A DNA stretch of 63,829 nucleotides, filler included, from Octopus bimaculoides (lineage: Eukaryota): the NCBI RefSeq assembly GCF_001194135.2. It is 8 parts of 7 records of this genome, joined end to end, with 100 filler letters (N's around TTAATTAATTAA, not from the genome) between each part and the next. Parts side by side here need not be neighbours in the genome. Positions count along the whole stretch, not along the records: positions 37,327 to 54,792 come from NC_068990.1; positions 54,893 to 58,844 come from NC_068982.1; positions 58,945 to 63,829 come from NC_068990.1; 5 more parts are not named here. One strand, 5' to 3'. The stretch's first letter is position 1, and each line of letters begins with the position of its first letter. The position numbers were made by a program, and so were the translations under genes. Of this stretch, positions 50,008 to 63,797 are shown one piece after another. The notes under the pieces are model-generated. The model made no database searches. It was not told the DNA's origin and was given only the letters and a program-made list of their open reading frames with translations.

Positions 50008-50689
50008 ACACACTAACATGTATATGCGCACAATGTTATTGGCAAATTAGTTATGCATTCAAACTTTTGCAGTCTATATTTTTGCACCTTTACCTAACTT
50101 AGCACCCATTCAAAGGATGTGGTGTTAACAAAAGCAAAACATATTCGTATTTTTGCAAACTAATATCATTACTCGTTTCCCCTTTCTATAGATTTGTAGT
50201 AGAAGCATGACTGCACTTTACGTTTAGGTATCCGCACTTTGCCTTTTTACCTTTAGGTACCCATTTGGTTCATCACGTGATAGTCAAGTCCGTTTAGCTT
50301 TATGCGTCTCTGCATCACCTGTTTAAAGGACGATTTTACCCCTAATTCCTGAGGGAAGAGAATTTGCTACGAGCTAGATCGATTTTCGAAAATGAGAGTA
50401 GTGTATTCCACTTTGAAGCTTCAGCAAGAAGAGAATTGTAACCAATTCTCTTCTTGGCGCTATGCTCGCGTTTTTCCTTGGCGTTATGCTCGCGTTTTTC
50501 CAACATTTCATCTTCAGCTTCTAGAAGCATTTTGAATTTATGCAATTTATTTGACAATTATTCATGTTCTACCACTATGCTGTATTTCACTATAGCGTCG
50601 GAATAAATGTTGCTGTGCAGTCAACTTTAACTTGTCTTTGTATTTTCTCAATGTTATTCATCTTGTCTCATATAAAAAAAAGAAGACAT

Positions 50690-51685
50690 AATATTTACAG
50701 GACTTAAGCTACAATGCATTCATTTAACTACAAGCTTTGAATCGATGTTTCATTTATTTGTCTCACAATTGAAAAAAAAAGTACTTCACACATTTTCTGA
50801 AATTGAGCGAACAAAATCCCGAATCAACAAAGGAATATTCTGACGAGTGTGAACGTCTTTTGAAGAAATACAAGATAAAATCGAACTACGTGTTTTTGAA
50901 ACACCTTTTGATATGTGTTCAGAGGAGGCTCCGGATTCCTTACAATTAGAATTAATTGGTTTGCAGTCGGATACCTTAATAAAATGGAAATATAATAATC
51001 TCTCTTTATTGAATTTCTACAAATCCATCAATTCTGAGAAATTCCCTGCTTTACATAAAGACGCATTGAAATTCGCATCTCAATTTTCGACAACTTATCA
51101 ATGTTAGCTGGGTTTTTTCCAAATTGAATTATGCAAAAAATCGTCTTCGTACCAGACTTACTAACGAAAACCTGAGTAATGAACTAAGAATAGCAGTTTC
51201 TTCAAAGACATGATATTCCTAAACTTTCAAATAAAAAAAAGAGAAAAAAATGTAGTTTCATCCTTCTCACTAAACAAAGCCAAATTTTAAATTTAAGGTT
51301 AATTAGCTTTGATAAAATTATCACTAGGATAAATTTGTTCAAATATGTTATTTACACATAACACTATTTAGGTATTGATGTAATTTTTCAAAATTAAATT
51401 TGGTCTGTGCTTGATTGTTAGAATTTCTCCAACATTAGGATAGGCACATTTTGAAAAATATAGAATACCTCATAAGTAATATAAATGTCCTAAATTCAGT
51501 AGTGGCTGTAATGAAGATACTTCGCGTTAATTTAATGTGTTAAACTTATCGTTATTAATGTATAACGAATTATACATAAGATATATACATGACATTCACA
51601 GATAAGAGTCAGAACTTGTGATCCGCCAGCGGACCTTTTCCTTAGGAAGTTTTGCCCGCCGCACTAAAAAGTTTCCTCACTCTTG
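50690..51685 (+). mobile_element. hAT (SPIN/GTF2IRD2-like) transposon 3' fragment
   Basis: APDSLQLELIGLQSD...FPALHKDALKFASQFSTTYQC...RTRLTNENL..ELRIA dimerisation domain with stops. Confidence 0.85.
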
Positions 51686-51898
51686 ATCTAAAGCTTATGC
51701 GTCTATGCATTTCACTTGTACATTATTGGCATATTCTCTGCTTATAATTACATACAAACTTTCGCAGATGATGCCACTTCACACATATTAATTTTTAACT
51801 TTATGCATATGGATATCATTAACATGCGACTTACATATCAAACAGAAACTGAGCATAGTTTTTCTATGAAAAGAGAGGCCTTGCAAACAACTTCCTCT

Positions 51899-51938
<40 letters not shown>

Positions 51939-52087
51939 TCCATGGTTGAGCTATCTCAATTTTCTCACCTTCTCCTTCCCCCCCTCTCTCTCTTTAATAG
52001 CGTTTAACTTATAGTATTGCCCCATCTTCTATCGGTTTATCCACGTCTTATCGTTACTGCTGTCAGTTATCTGCTCGTAAATATTTT

Positions 52088-52246
<159 letters not shown>

Positions 52247-53078
52247 TGTATATACATGCATATATAAGCTATTGTTATTATTGTAACATGAGAGCCTAAT
52301 CGAATCTCTTAACAACATTAAAATAGAGTCACTAGACATATAAAGGAGCAGTTTAGGAGCACTAAACTCTCCTTACATAAGGACATAGCTAAAACAGAAG
52401 CATTCTATAAATGTTCACCACCATTCAGTGTGCTGTAGCTATCAAGCTATTCGCAAGACTTGGGGCTTTGGGGTCAATAGTCTGAAAAGTGGGCTAGAGC
52501 AACGTGAAAGGAAGTGCTTTGAAAAGTACGCGAAATGCCACTTAATCCAAGAATGGAGCCAACGGTGGTGCGTGCAGCAGCCTAACCACTACACCGTGTA
52601 CTTTAACTCTACAAATACTTGTCTCAACAACTGATGATCTCAATGATAGCAAAACATTGCTCATAACGGTGTACTAAAAGCTATTTCCTCTTCAGCCTCA
52701 GAAAATACTCCCTCCCTAATCATGAAGACGTATTTTCTGACTCTCTACGGTTAATATATCTCGCTTAATACATCCGATATACATTTATACAACTATTTTA
52801 GACCACATCAAAAAAAGGCTACCAGACTGATTGATAAAGACTACTCTTGGAACTCACTCCAACCACTAGCCCACAGTTTTTCCCCTCTGTTTTCTTTATT
52901 GCTATTATTATTGTCTCTGATTCTCTAAACTAACAAGCTGTGTACCATCACCACTGAAGCACAACTGTAATAGCTGTTTCTACTCTCATAATATCTCATT
53001 CTCTTTCCTAACAAAAGAAGAGGCATATTCTCAACCTTTTCTTTTCAAAACTGCAACTTCTGAAATTCCATCTCTCAC

Positions 53079-53138
<60 letters not shown>

Positions 53139-54792
53139 AAGAATCAACCGATATACAAAAGTACAAACTGAACATTACTGCATCAATTTCATTATTTGAT
53201 AACCTGCAAAAATTATAGGGACTACCCTTCCTATTTTTCTGCTAAATACTTTTTTTTTTTAAACTTTTAAATATCATTATTCNNNNNNNNNNNNNNNNNN
53301 NNNNNNNNNNNNNNNNNNNNNNNNNNNNNNNNNNNNNNNNNNNNNNNNNNNNNNNNNNNNNNNNNNNNNNNNNNNNNNNNNNNNNNNNNNNNNNNNNNNN
53401 NNNNNNNNNNNNNNNNNNNNNNNNNNNNNNNNNNNNNNNNNNNNNNNNNNNNNNNNNNNNNNNNNNNNNNNNNNNNNNNNNNNNNNNNNNNNNNNNNNNN
53501 NNNNNNNNNNNNNNNNNNNNNNNNNNNNNNNNNNNNNNNNNNNNNNNNNNNNNNNNNNNNNNNNNNNNNNNNNNNNNNNNNNNNNNNNNNNNNNNNNNNN
53601 NNNNNNNNNNNNNNNNNNNNNNNNNNNNNNNNNNNNNNNNNNNNNNNNNNNNNNNNNNNNNNNNNNNNNNNNNNNNNNNNNNNNNNNNNNNNNNNNNNNN
53701 NNNNNNNNNNNNNNNNNNNNNNNNNNNNNNNNNNNNNNNNNNNNNNNNNNNNNNNNNNNNNNNNNNNNTTAATTAAAAATGAATTCTTCAATGTAACGAA
53801 TTGACTTTAATACAATTCTATGAGAATTAGATATCTATGTTGTTAGTGTCGTACTAATTTCCTCGTTAAAGTTTTTATAGTTTAAATGAATTGTTTAAAT
53901 ATTCTTACGCTTTCGTGCAATATTTTTATCTTTTGTATTCAAAATCCACTTACTTCAGTCGATCAAATGCGGGTGGAATAGTTTTCGCTTTTTCCAAGAT
54001 TGCACCATCATTCTTTTGATTAATGAAACTATCTTTACCACTGAAAGTATGTTAGTGGAAAGAAAGCCAAAACAATGTCATTGAGGAAATCGATTATTCT
54101 ATAGAGTTCCTTAAATCTACTAAATATTATTCTCACATAACTACAGGAACCATTATGCATACTATTAATTCTTCACATTGGCACAGGGTCACGCATTTTG
54201 TTTACTCAATAAAATCAACTATACTACGTGTTTCTCTGTTGAAAGCTAGTCGTTAGCTGTGGTCTAGATTTACATTGGAAATTAGAATAACAAGTTATAG
54301 ATGGTGTAGGTAGGCGGAGTTCTAGAAAGGTTGAATTCATACTTGTGATTAATCGGAAAGTACCAAATAATCCAACTTTTTTGTTGCTAAGTTAAAGCAT
54401 TTTTAAAACCAAATATTTTAATAAATGTGGTCGTGACTCATGCATTAGAAATGTTGAATAGAACTAAATGTTTACGGTTCAGGAGTGGCTGTGTGGCAAG
54501 TACCTCGCTTACCAAGCGGACGTGGTTTTTGTCGCTCCTGCTTCACGTCGCTGAATGCCAGCGTCGTGAATTTTTGACGTTCGAGTACAGGTAAAACTTT
54601 TGTGTTTTTTGGATTTATATCTCTTTATTACCCACTAGGGGCCAAACATAGAAAGGGACAAAACATCTGATTGGGGTCAGATAACACGTATGGGGTTACA
54701 AAAATATGAAACAATTAAAAATATAATAAAATCGAAAATCGAATGTTTACAACAAACAACACACAAAACAATATAGACAGATGAAGTGGGGG

Positions 54793-54892
54793 NNNNNNNN
54801 NNNNNNNNNNNNNNNNNNNNNNNNNNNNNNNNNNNNTTAATTAATTAANNNNNNNNNNNNNNNNNNNNNNNNNNNNNNNNNNNNNNNNNNNN
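54793..54892. other. Artificial contig spacer
   Basis: 44N-TTAATTAATTAA-44N. Confidence 0.97.
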
Positions 54893-55519
54893 ATATATAT
54901 GCATGTATGTATAAAGATGGAGGTGGAAATAGCACAGAAGTAAGTCTAAGACATTTTAATTTAAGAGGGAATTTAATAAAAATGATTTTTAAAATTATAT
55001 AAAGAAAATATTGCCAGTTTCAATTAATCTAATCTTATCAAATATCAGTAAAAATCTATAAAAACTTGAAGTAAAAACAGTTTATCTTCTAACTGGGGGT
55101 CAAGAACATGTCTGGAGATTTTTCGTTGAAGTCTTCTTTAAATATAGTTTGGTATGGAGTTCAAAGTGTGAGAGAGTGTCTAAAAGAAATCTTTGTGTGT
55201 TCCTGCCAAGGAAGTGGTTAAAAAGCATTTATTGAATAAGTTTTATATCCATACACAGCTGGAAATGAAACCCATTCAATAAATGCTTTGTAAATAAATT
55301 TGATTTATATAGATCTCTTATCTTTTCACACATATATACAGGTGAAAAGGCGAGGAACTCTTACTTTAAACCGCTGTTTGATAAATCCAGTAACAGAAGA
55401 CAGCGCTTAAAATGTAAATAAAATGTAAATAAAAAATATATATAATCATCCAACATTCTGACTACCTTATTATTCTAAATATACAACATCTGTACATCAC
55501 TTCAAAAACTCTCTCTAGA

Positions 55520-55754
55520 TAAATAAATTGCCAGTGCCCCTGGACTGGCTCTTGTGCGGGTAGCACATAAAATACACCATTTTGAGTGTGGCCGCCGCCA
55601 GTACCGCCTGACTGGCCTTCATGCGGGTGACACGTAAAAGCACCCACTACACTCTCTGAGTGGTTGGCGTTAGGAAGGGCATCCAGCTGTAGAAACTCTG
55701 CCAAATCAGATTGGAGCCTGGTGTAGCCATCCGGTTTCACCAGTCCTCAGTCAA
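55520..55754 (+). mobile_element. SINE-like family E
   Basis: Near-identical reverse complement of 13130-13360. Confidence 0.85.
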
Positions 55755-55772
55755 NNNNNNNNNNTATATATA

Positions 55773-56170
55773 TAGGCGCAGGTGTAGCTGTGTGGTAAGA
55801 AGCTTGCTTCCCAACCACATGGGTCTGGGTTCAGTCCCACTGTGTGGCACCTTGGGCAAGTGTTTTATACTATAGCTTCAGGCTGACCAAAGCCTTGTGA
55901 GTTGATTTGGTAGACAGTAACTAAAAGAAGCCCATTGTATATATGTATGTATATGTATATGCTTGTGTGTCTGTGTTTGTCTCCACCACCATCGCCTGAC
56001 AACCGATGTTGGTGTGTTTACATCCCCGTAACTTAGTGGTTCAGTACAAGTGACGAATAGAATAAGTACTAGGCTTACAAAGAATAATTCCTGGGGTCAA
56101 TTTGTTCAACTAAAGGCAGTGCTCCAGCATAGCCACAGTCAAATGACTGAAACACGTAAAAGAATAAAAG
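55773..56170 (+). mobile_element. SINE family A, full length
   Basis: TAGGCGCAGGTGTAGCTGTGTGG head through GACTGAAACAC tail. Confidence 0.92.
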
Positions 56171-56320
56171 AACAAAAGAAGAATACATATATGCACACAT
56201 AGATGCATACATACACACTTATAGACACACATACATACACATGCACATAAACACACACACACACACAAAACAGACACATACATACACATGTGCACATACA
56301 TACATGCATACATACATACA

Positions 56321-56355
<35 letters not shown>

Positions 56356-58544
56356 CATACCACATATCATGTCATCAGAAAGTTATGCATGGATACATAT
56401 GACTCAAGCTAAAGAATATCAACAATTTTGATAAGAATAGTAGCCTCTCCTGAACCTGAGATAGTTACATCACATTTCACCTAGAAAGAGACGGCTACTA
56501 AATACCTGATCAACTAGAGAGCGAAAGTTGCCTCTAAACATTGATGTTGTGATAGAAAATGTTCATTGTACCATACCATTGTGAAAGATATCACTAATAA
56601 CATTAACAGCTGTCCAGAAATTTCCATAAGGTACAACCTTCCTAAGAGAGATAACATTTTCTCTAAAACCATTAATGAAATTTATCTGAAGAATGATTGT
56701 CCTTATGACCATATTAAAAGCACACCTGAGCTAGAATACATCTACGCCTTTAAGAATTAAGACTATTGGTGGAACATTCAAATAAAAATAACAACCTGAT
56801 ATCAATGCAGAAGGTCAGATTTTTATTATTTTATATGACAATGAGAGTAAAAATTGTGCACTGTTATACCGATCAGCTGCTTGGTACATGCGAATGTCTT
56901 GTGAATAATTGGAGAAAAGAACATTTATGAGGAAATAATGAGAAATTTAGAGCTCTTATATTATAAGATAAATATTAGTGACAGAGCTAGTATTAATACC
57001 AAGAAATAATATTTATCTTCACTGATGTTCAATTAGAACAAACTATACTGTGGTATACTTTGATATTATATATACATTAGGAAATTATGAGGAACTTACA
57101 GATCTTATATCATGGGGATGCTGGTCTATGTAACAACAGACTTGCACAAGAACCTAGGAATGTTTGTTTTCTCAAAGAAAGAACAAATCCAAACTGATTT
57201 GCATTTTCCAAATACAATTGATTTGCTGCAATGTGGAAATTTGTAACACATTCCAAAGATTCTCTTAGTAGAGTGAACATATGTGTATAATCACTTGTGC
57301 ATATGGCATACACACACACAGACACATAAATAGCTATGAAGCACACATACACTTACATACTAAAGTGATATGCACATCAACCATGTGGATGCAAATTTAC
57401 ACACACACACACACAATATGCCCAAATCCCAGGAACTGTTCTGATTTAAGCAAAAGAGCTTTGTCACTTTGTAAGTGATCAGCTAGATTTCTGCAGAGGC
57501 AAAAAGATTTACATATGTATATTTGGATTGTTGGCGATTTTTTTCCTCCATCTTTCTTTTCTCTTGGACTTTCCTCTGTTTCCAGTTTCTGAAGAAGAGC
57601 TTTGCTCGAAACATGAAACTAACTTCCTTTCCTTCCCTGAGCATCTATTAATACTTTACATGTACCAAGTCCTCACATTGTTGTTTTTTTCCTTCTTGTG
57701 TTTTTTCTTCGGTTTTTTTTTTGGTGGGGATTATTTATATATATATATATCTACTTATATACATGCATACATACATAACCAGACTACCAACACAGCATAC
57801 ATACATAACCAGACTATCACTACCAACATGATGATGATGACGATGATAATGATGATGATGATCATCATCATGACCATCACCATCATCATCATCATCTGTT
57901 TAATAAACAATATGTTGAGTGTAACCCTGAAGTTAAACCATAGAAGTTTTAGTAACTTGAAATGAGCATGGAACTGCCTAGTTTCATGTTTTATGAAAAT
58001 CTCATCAGAGATTGCTTACCTCTGTCTTCCAAATAGCCACAAGAAAGTAACATAGAACTATTTATTACAAACATATAAACAAGCTGCAGGCTGGATTTTA
58101 CTAACTAGAATATATATGTATGGAGTCACAGCAGTTGTATGTTACTCACAATATAAACATGTTAATGAAGACATTCCAACATATTATACTAATAACTATG
58201 TAGGTCATATATATGTATATGTTTATTTAACATATGGATACATATGTTTGTTTGACATATGAATACTTATTTATTTATAATCAACATTATGTTGGTGTAC
58301 AATCATTAGCTTTGTACTATTATGTAATTTTTTTATGCTTGCAATAATCTTGTTTACATTTCTATAATTAATTCTACTTTACTTTCATTCAGTTGTTTGG
58401 AAGAGAGAAGTAAGCAATCGCTGATGAGTTCTTAATAATAGATAAAACCAATTGGTTCAGTTATTCTTTCAAGCTGCCAAAATATCTCAAACCCCTATAG
58501 TTTAACTATAGGGATTACTCTCACAACTATCTTCAATCGGCCAT

Positions 58545-58790
58545 TTTCAGTTTGGCATGGGTTGGACAGCTTGACAGAACCTGGCTAGTTCAGAGGTCAA
58601 ACCAGGTTCCATAGTCTGTTTTGGCTTGGTTTCTACAGCTAGATGCCCTTCCTAGTGCCAACCACTTCACAGAGTGTACTGGATGCTTTTTATGTGACAT
58701 CAGAACCCACAGCAATGCTTTTTATGTGGCACCAGCACCCACAGCAATGTCTTTTATGTGGCACTCGGGTTTTAGAATCTCAATTTTGTT
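58545..58790 (-). mobile_element. SINE-like family E, diverged
   Basis: GGCATGGGTTGGACAG...AGATGCCCTTCCTAGTGCCAACC. Confidence 0.75.
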
Positions 58791-58844
58791 GTGGTGGGTA
58801 GGTCTTCTCAAGCACTGATATATATATATATATATATATATATA

Positions 58845-58944
58845 NNNNNNNNNNNNNNNNNNNNNNNNNNNNNNNNNNNNNNNNNNNNTTAATTAATTAA
58901 NNNNNNNNNNNNNNNNNNNNNNNNNNNNNNNNNNNNNNNNNNNN
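58845..58944. other. Artificial contig spacer
   Basis: 44N-TTAATTAATTAA-44N. Confidence 0.97.
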
Positions 58945-59134
58945 AATTCTAACTGGGCCCCACCTGCGATGTCATGCGCTGTTTATCTTGATATGAGATC
59001 ACCATGTCGCGCACATATGGTTGTGATGCATGTGCCTGGTGTACTCTTATCGGATAGGTAGTCATGATGGGTATAATGGGCTTCGTATATTTTACCCCAG
59101 TGTCACTTTGATGGCATGCACTGCTCTCTCACTC

Positions 59135-59184
<50 letters not shown>

Positions 59185-59204
59185 TAATAATAATAATAAT
59201 AATA

Positions 59205-59236
<32 letters not shown>

Positions 59237-59250
59237 AATGATAATAATAA
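58945..59250 (+). mobile_element. Unclassified retroposon 3' end with (TAA)n/(TGA)n tail
   Basis: ...CTGCTCTCTCACTC followed directly by a long AAT/GAT tract. Confidence 0.55.
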
Positions 59251-59505
59251 AGTGAAGCACGTTACGCATGTAAAACTCCAGAAGCTCCAACAAAACATGG
59301 GATAAATAGAAATAATAATAATATTTTTAACCGAGTAGTTTATTTACCATCTCTTCGGAGTTGAACTTCCAGTAATTCGAGGCTGCAACACAGTTTTGGA
59401 TTCGAAATTGAAAATATATTTCACATCACTTAAGTCGCCAAAACCTTTGGAAAAGGCATGAACGTTAAACTTCCCATTTTCCTTCTCAACTGAGAACACG
59501 GCTTC

Positions 59506-59548
59506 GTGCCCACCCAATCACAGGGCTCTGTGCCCACCCAATCACAGG
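59506..59548 (+). promoter_or_regulatory. Tandem CCAAT-box-like 19-mers (GTGCCCACCCAATCACAGG x2)
   Basis: Exact direct repeat at 24-bp spacing; CCAATCA core. Confidence 0.35.
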
Positions 59549-60197
59549 AAACCAATTTTACGCCTTAGTAAGTTTTTATTCCCTTCTCATTTTTCTCCTC
59601 CACCTTTTATAACGCAACATTCGGTGGTTCCATAAGAAAAGCGATAGATGTAGCTGAATATTTAATGATCCGTTAGGTTGCTTACAACTCTAAACTCGAA
59701 TCGTGCCAAATTTGCTTAACATTCCGTCACTCTGGGATTGATACACTAAGTAACAGTAGCATAGTGTAGTGAAGAGTTTGAAATCTAGTCTGTATCTGAT
59801 CCTTCAATCTGAAAAACATCTTCTCAAGCTTCAAATCTACTTTCACTGTGATGCATCTACTTCAAAAGATTTAGTTTTGAGAAAATTCAATAGCAGTGAC
59901 AACAGCAGCAGACGTTAACAAGTTAAGCTGTTTGTATTGTATAAACTATGATTTTCATTAATACAAGCGAATACACACAGAATCACACACATATACAAAC
60001 ACATTCTCTCTCTCTCCCACACACACATGCATACATACATACATACATACATACATACATACATACATACATACGTACGTACGTACGAACATACATAAAA
60101 AGAAACACGTGTGTATGTGTTTGTATATGCATGTGTGTGTATATGTATGCGTGTATGTATATAAATAGTCTGAAGGAACATGTATATTCTAAGTGTG

Positions 60198-60252
<55 letters not shown>

Positions 60253-60699
60253 CATATAGGTAACAAAAAACATTTTTATCCCCATTCAACCTTATATAAA
60301 ATACGGTATAAAATTTCTGCAGTAAAAAAATATATTTCTGATGAATCTCCTAAACGAAATGAAAGCTCTAAACAAAATATTATCCAAAATTCTGATTAGA
60401 CTCCATTTTCTTACTATATAAAATTTGTACATCACTTTAAATAATCCATACATATGTGTGAGTGTATGTATTAAGTAATTTATGAACATGCATCTATACA
60501 CATGTGCATACACATTTATATTTATATGCATGTATATATATATGATGGATTCTTTTGTTGCGAACGACAAATAAGTGTTTAGTAAAGCAAAGTGTCTATC
60601 ATCTTCTATGTACGCGAATGTGTATCGTGAAAACCTTTCGGCAAATGGAACAGATTGAGGACTCAGTTTGCTTGCGTGCTTGTGGATCATTCACTATGT

Positions 60700-61088
60700 G
60701 TTTTCTCGAGTTTGCTTCTCGCTACAAAACCACAATGACAGGTAAGGAACAGCGTTATGCAAGTGTGGCTTCATGCAGGCACGAAGTTGGTCCCGATGCT
60801 GGAATCAATTTTCGTCAAATCTTTAAGCTGAAGAGAAGCAGGACTGACGCCAGGTCCTGCATTCTGATGCTTTGTTTTCCAATGGCAAAAAAAAAGGAAC
60901 ATTGCATCGCTTCAGGTTGTCTTTTAGTTTGTTTTTGAAGCGCAAGAATGACTTTCCAACTGAATTTCCAGTTGGGAATTGGACAAAGAGAAGTTGCTTT
61001 GGAATTCTGATATCACTCATACGTGAGAGATGACCTAACCATCTAAGTTGCAATTCGATGCGGATGGCTTCAACATCTGATATATATA
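60700..61088 (-). mobile_element. RTE-BovB-like LINE 3' fragment
   Basis: LQLRWLGHLSRMSDIRIPKQLLF...RFKNKLKDNLKRC. Confidence 0.88.
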
Positions 61089-61443
61089 NNNNNNNNNNNN
61101 NNNNNNNNNNNNNNNNNNNNNNNNNNNNNNNNNNNNNNNNNNNNNNNNNNNNNNNNNNNNNNNNNNNNNNNNNNNNNNNNNNNNNNNNNNNNNNNNNNNN
61201 NNNNNNNNNNNNNNNNNNNNNNNNNNNNNNNNNNNNNNNNNNNNNNNNNNNNNNNNNNNNNNNNNNNNNNNNNNNNNNNNNNNNNNNNNNNNNNNNNNNN
61301 NNNNNNNNNNNNNNNNNNNNNNNNNNNNNNNNNNNNNNNNNNNNNNNNNNNNNNNNNNNNNNNNNNNNNNNNNNNNNNNNNNNNNNNNNNNNNNNNNNNN
61401 NNNNNNNNNNNNNNNNNNNNNNNNNNNNNNNNNNNNNNNNNNN

Positions 61444-61550
61444 CATACTGAAAATTCAGAAATAGCAGTCAAAGAACTACTGATTCCAAACTACAAATTG
61501 TAGTTTGGAATCAGTAGTTCTTTGACTGCTATTTCTGAATTTTCAGTATG
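61444..61550. repeat. Perfect palindrome (53-bp arms, 1-nt spacer) abutting an N gap
   Basis: CATACTGAAAATTCAG...CTACAA-A-TTGTAG...CTGAATTTTCAGTATG. Confidence 0.9.
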
Positions 61551-61621
61551 TTGGAGAAGCAACTCAATTGCTAATCCCTGTATATTTATGATGATAAATA
61601 GTTATATATATATATATATAT

Positions 61622-62275
61622 AAGTCAAGATTTGACTGCTATTTTTCAGCGTGGCGGTATCTCTTAGATACCCTATATTATAATTTTAAATAATTGTTAC
61701 CTTTGATGGTTTTATTCCCATGTTGTCCACTTGATAAGATCGATATTTTTATATATCGATCTAATCCTCATTTATATAAATTCATTTCGTCATTATATTC
61801 ACTGCGGTGGATATTCTGACCATATCGCACGAGGAGTTTTTAGGCGGGCAATTTAAACTGGTCGTGTGCATACGTGCATATATATGTATGTATACGTTCG
61901 TATATGTAAGTATATCGTATGTTTATATATATATATATATATTTGTATCTATGTGCTTTTTCTGAGTATATTCCACCGATGAAGGCAGAGCATTTCTTAT
62001 GCAGAGCCAGAAATCCAGGATCTCGAATTATCCAGTAATTTTTTTGCTAGTTTGTTTTGTTTTCGTCTTCGCACTTTTGTGCCGTATGAACATTTATTGT
62101 GGTTTAGAGTCAAGATTTGACTGCTATTTTTCAGCGTGGCGGTATTTCTTAGATACCCCATATTATAATTTCAAATAATTGTTACCGTTGATGGTTTTTA
62201 TTCCCATGCTGGCCACGTGATAAGATCGATACTTTTATATGTCGATCTTATCCTTATTTATACAAATTTATATAT
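61622..62275. repeat. ~165-bp direct repeat pair (61622-61790 and 62107-62270)
   Basis: AGTCAAGATTTGACTGCTATTTTTCAGCGTGGCGGTAT... twice with few mismatches. Confidence 0.85.
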
Positions 62276-62559
62276 ATATATATATATAAAAATCAAGATA
62301 AGCAACACGGATTTCAAAGATGATTGCAGTACGCACGTTTCATGCTANNNNNNNNNNNNNNNNNNNNNNNNNNNNNNNNNNNNNNNNNNNNNNNNNNNNN
62401 NNNNNNNNNNNNNNNNNNNNNNNNNNNNNNNNNNNNNNNNNNNNNNNATATATTGTAATGTTTATAAAGTTCAATTAGCGTTTTCCTGCGTTCGTAGATA
62501 TCATGAGATTTCAAAATGCATTTAACTGACAATTGAGTTCTTGACAATTGTAGTAGAAT

Positions 62560-63350
62560 TACTTAGAGCAAAACGAGAAAGACGAACCCATCAAAGGAAC
62601 TAAATACTATTTGTAGTAACACACACTCCGCATCACCAAAACATTTTTAACACCATCAAAGCAAATATGACAATCATGAGACAGTGAAAAATTAAAAGTC
62701 ATAATAACTAATCAAACACTTATCTTAAGCAAAAGCAACCACATAACCTAAAGAAACTATTAACAAAGGCAAAATTCAACATGAACAAACAGGATAACGC
62801 ATTCACAGTATCCAAGTGTAATGATAGCAGATGTGGAATGTGTCAATACATGCATACTGGTAGATCCATTAGAACAAAAAATAGACAGATGTTCGCATAT
62901 GCAGATAAGTAATGCAAAAGCAGAAGTTTGAGCAACTGCATTAAATGCCCTAATTGCAAGGAACTATATACTGGCGAGACAGGGAATGCATTATCGGAGC
63001 CCTCACAGACAACAAATCCGGAACATTAATGTTCGCCATACTCCATAGAGCGAACATATAGAAACATGTGGTTAGAAAATGTTTCCAATTTTTCCTTTCC
63101 ACAAACTACATGACTCAAATGAAGTTGGAAGAAAGATAAAAGAAAAACGTTTTATCAAAATATTCTGAACGGAAATAAAAATAAAATAACAACCAGTTAA
63201 TGATGTGGATTAAAAAATATCTTTAACGTATCAATATAAACAAATTTCAGAAGACCCCCACCAATTGAAAATGATCAAAACCAACTAAGTTTTCTCACTC
63301 ATAAAACCATTATGTGTAAACCGCAAGCTAATTGGTTAAAATAAAGGCGG
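62560..63350 (+). mobile_element. Penelope-like element 3' fragment (GIY-YIG)
   Basis: KPPHNLKKLLTKAKF...KCNDSRCGMC...IKCPNCKELYTGETG...HRQQIR...EHIETC with stops. Confidence 0.85.
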
Positions 63351-63739
63351 GATCTATGCTAGTAATATCGGTGCACCCGGCAAACCGCGATGTTTAAGAT
63401 ACATGCAGATTGGTCTAAAACGTATTCGAAAAATTCAGCTTGTTGGAGTCTTCTAAGAAATATAAAAAGGAAGAAGTCAGTCATTTTACAACACTTGTCA
63501 AGAATTCAACTGTCAGTTAAGTACATTTTGAAACCCGATGATTACTACGAACGTATGAAACCGCAAATTGAACTTTATGGATATTACAAAATATCTTTTT
63601 AATATTTAAGACACTTCAACGTTGTAAAAACATTTTTGTAAGTACATTAATTAAAAACATGAAAACCAGACCATGATTTAACTTTATTCAACTGATATAT
63701 TATTCTATACACATTTACACAAATTCAGGAAATATATAT

Positions 63740-63772
<33 letters not shown>

Positions 63773-63797
63773 CATTTAGATATTTATGCTTATAAAC

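Noticed and set aside
50342-50557. 71-aa ORF with EKREHNAK/EKREHSAK repeat
   Set aside because: Explained by a 21-bp local duplication next to a hAT fossil; no family recognised
57110-57270. LSLRKQTFLGSCASLLLHRPA resembling a C9orf72 segment
   Set aside because: Needs two gaps in about 20 residues and hits a stop immediately; a different frame fits the splice signals better
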